Shown here: positions 8,551 through 10,782 of the stretch, piece by piece
How the letters are laid out: each line of letters begins with the position of its first letter
How positions within the stretch are numbered: the first letter of the stretch is position 1
Source: a bacterium
GTDB taxonomy: Bacteria > Bdellovibrionota_C > UBA2361 > CALJRW01
Direction of reading: 5' to 3'
DNA length: 10,782 nucleotides
NCBI GenBank assembly: GCA_031385045.1
Contig: JANNBC010000018.1
Span: 1-10,782 of the forward strand
Position numbers and translations under genes: made by a program
The notes under the pieces: model-generated
Databases searched by the model: none
Seen by the model: only the letters and a program-made list of their open reading frames with translations
Told to the model about the DNA's origin: nothing

Positions 8551-8903
8551 GTATTACCACCAAGGTGTACCTGTCCTCTGTTGCTACAGATATGCGGTGT
8601 GGAGTATTTAGTTTATCAGGCAAAGTGCTAGAAGTTTTTGAGGGAAATTCCTTAGATGGAAATTTGTATGTATTTATTTCTAAGGATAAAAAGAAAGTAA
8701 AGATCCTTCACTGGGAAGAAGATGGTTACTGGTTACATCAAAAGCGACTAGGAGTTGGCACCTTTCAGATTAGACTAGAGGATTCTGGAATGGATGTAAT
8801 TACTGGTATTGATTTAGAGAAGTTATTATCAGGAATAAGTTTTGCTAAGATAAAATTATCTAAAAACATTAAAAATAACCTAGCTAAAAGTCCGTTGATT
8901 TGA
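8538..8903 (+). CDS. tnpB: IS66 accessory protein TnpB (Orf2; not the RNA-guided TnpB nuclease)
   Basis: TDMRCGVFSL...LYVFISKDKKKVKILHWEEDGYWLHQKRL-G-F motifs; overlaps the tnpA end. Confidence 0.95.
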   Translation: MLKLSITTKVYLSSVATDMRCGVFSLSGKVLEVFEGNSLDGNLYVFISKDKKKVKILHWEEDGYWLHQKRLGVGTFQIRLEDSGMDVITGIDLEKLLSGISFAKIKLSKNIKNNLAKSPLI

Positions 8904-8914
8904 TATAAGAAATT

Positions 8915-10404
8915 ATGTCAAAATCAACTGCCAGTTGTGTTTCAGAGCCTAGTTATGAAGATTTAGTGCAGTCTAATTCTTTACTAAAACAAGAGCTAGA
9001 ACTGTTTAAATTTAAGTTTGAACAGTTACAGAAATACGTCTTTGGTAAGAAAAGCGAGAAGCAGTTTTTAGCTTCTCTTCCGAGCAGCTAAATTTCCTAA
9101 CCCCAACTGATACTAATGTACCAGAAACTAACGAAGACTACATTACCATCTCTGAGCATCGGAAAAAGAGAGTATCCAAGAAGTCCTTTCCAAAGGATCT
9201 ACCAGTTGAGGAAGTTGTGTACCTTCCTGCAGAAACTTCTTGTGCTGACTGTGGGTTAGAACTAAAAGAGTTCTCTAGGGATATTCGGGAAGAGATTGAG
9301 TTTTATCCAGCTAGGTTCTTTAAGCGTCAAATTATTAAGGTAAACTGTAGCTGTCCTAAGTGTAATAAGGTGGTATCAGGTAATACCCCAAGTCCTGTAA
9401 TTGCAGGAAGCCAGATGGGAGCTGGATTCTTTGCTCACTTAATAACCAGTAGGTTCTGTGACCACTTACCGTATTACCGCCAATCTCAAATGTATGAGCG
9501 AGAAGGAATTATTATTCCCGATAAGACCCTATCTAATTATGCTCAAAATCTTGTGTTGCTACTTGAACCAGTAGCTAAACAAATTAAACAGTCTTTACTA
9601 TCTCTTGATTACTTACAAGTGGACGAAACTTCACTACAAGTTCTAGAGAAGGAGCAAACCCACACAGGCAGACTCTGGGTACTAAATGACCCAAGGGAAA
9701 AGTTAAGTTACTTTGAGTATCATGACAGTCGTAGTCAGGAGGCATCTGATAGCTTTCTATCTGGATTTTCAGGAGCTTTGCAGTCAGATGCCTATGTAAC
9801 CTATGATAAACATTTAGGACTTTCAATCGGGTGCTTGGCTCATGCTAGGAGAAAATTTGTGGAAGCTAGTAAGTTAGCACCGAAAGATTGTAAAAATATT
9901 GTACAGCTAATAGCTAGTTTGTACGGGATTGAGAAAGAGCTAACCAAGTTAACAACTAAGCTAAAACCAGAGGCTTGGTTCCAAGAACGGTTAACAGTTA
10001 GGCAAGAACAGTCAGTGCCAATTCTAAATCAACTAAAAGATTATCTCGTTAAGATTAAAGATTCTTATTTAATTGCGGATCATCCCATGACCAAAGCAAT
10101 TAATTATATGCTTACTAGGTACGATACTTTTTGTAGTTACACAACTCACGGTAAATATCAGATCGATAATAATGATATTGAAAGAGTTATTCGTCCAATT
10201 GCAATTGGACGGAAGAATTGGCTTTTTGCTGGGTCGCATCAAGCTGCTAAAATTAATGCCGTCATGATGACCGTTGTGCAGACTTGCAGGCAACTTAAAA
10301 TTAATCCTCAAAAATATTTAGCTGATGTCTTGCCAAAGCTCGCTAGTCATAAAACTACTTCACTAAAAGGTTTAACACCTATGGATTGGTCAACTGGTAA
10401 ATAG
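8915..10404 (+). pseudogene. tnpC: IS66 DDE transposase TnpC with a frameshift near 9050-9090
   Basis: ATG 8915 reads MSKST...LQKYVFGKKSEK...* (TAA 9089-9091). The -1 frame continues EQLNFL...FPKDLPVEEVVYLP, then CADCG, DHLPYYRQ, VDET, LQSDAY, CLAHARRKF and IDNNDIERVIRPIAIGRKNWLFAGS to TAG 10404. Confidence 0.9.
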
Positions 10405-10631
10405 GCATGGTGCCGGTGGGGGGCTTACTTTATTTCCACCAAGACTACCAGTACTGCACAACCTAGTTGAGCACAGGTATTAGGTAGCCCTCATATCTAT
10501 CATCTAGCCTTTGCGCTAGCAGTCTAGAGATCTATCTAGCGTTCTGCTGATTTACCATTCAGATCAATTTCAGTTTCTATCATTTGTGCTTTTTTACGAT
10601 CAACTTAAAAGATTCTTGACTCGAGGATCAA

Positions 10632-10642
10632 GAGCCTGGCAC
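10632..10642 (+). repeat. 11-bp direct repeat GAGCCTGGCAC (copy 2), putative IS4 target-site duplication
   Basis: Identical to 137-147 and directly abuts the inverted IS end starting GAATG at 10643. Confidence 0.85.
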
Positions 10643-10782
10643 GAATGTCACTTACCTTCCTCCAGAGTTACGCCATTACTTTTTGATAGAACTGCTGCCT
10701 TTTCGTAACGATCTTTGCCATTTTTAATAACTCGAGGGTAACTTCTATTTTTATTTTTACGATTTGGAAGCTTAGCTTGGAG
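10643..10782 (-). mobile_element. Right (3') end of the same IS4-family element, inverted copy, truncated by the window edge
   Basis: 10643-10778 is the exact reverse complement of 1-136. It encodes LQAKLPNRKNKNRSYPRVIK...EEGK* on the minus strand (stop 10648-10650). Confidence 0.8.

Larger units (their letters stand above)
8183..10428 (+). mobile_element. IS66-family insertion sequence (2246 bp), both ends present, no target duplication
   Basis: IRL GTAATTCCCCCACTGGCACCATACCT (8183-8208) matches the IRR reverse complement GTAAGCCCCCCACCGGCACCATGCCT (10403-10428) at 22/26 positions. Gene order is tnpA-tnpB-tnpC. Flanks CTTTGTGT and TTTATTTC do not match. Confidence 0.95.

Noticed and set aside
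8538..8903. RNA-guided TnpB/Cas12 ancestor
   Set aside because: This is the 121-aa IS66 Orf2 of the same name; it has no RuvC motifs.
980..10311. Short alternative ORFs (980-1162, 2008-2256, 2733-3056, 3082-3321, 3337-3528, 4699-4887, 5537-5719, 5723-5962, 6456-6710, 7476-7679, 7951-8148, 9584-9826, 10069-10311)
   Set aside because: Nested in, overlapping or antisense to better-supported genes or IS remnants, with no recognisable motifs.
1..10782. Terminal inverted repeats of a linear plasmid or phage
   Set aside because: The repeats encode a transposase C-terminus and end in IS-like termini facing inward; no replication or phage genes are present.
1..10782. CRISPR array, tRNA or rRNA
   Set aside because: No regularly spaced repeats or recognisable RNA gene signatures seen.

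Overview
AT-rich accessory region holding four co-oriented minus-strand membrane-protein genes. Three are divergent, GT-C-fold-like putative glycosyltransferases; the fourth is a small 3-TM protein with a soluble C-terminal domain. Mobile DNA is dense: a decayed IS66 tnpC remnant, a 5'-truncated IS91/ISCR-like rolling-circle element with an oriIS-like end, and a full-length IS66 (tnpA-tnpB-frameshifted tnpC) that lacks a target duplication. Both window ends are the same right end of an IS4-family element, in inverted orientation. Each end abuts a direct copy of the same 11-bp sequence (GAGCCTGGCAC) on its inner side. This inside-out target duplication suggests the ~10.5 kb cargo is a circularly permuted, formerly or currently circular, glycosylation module opened by two IS4 right ends. 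Assembly effects are not excluded. Functional calls rest on motif recognition only; no database searches were run.
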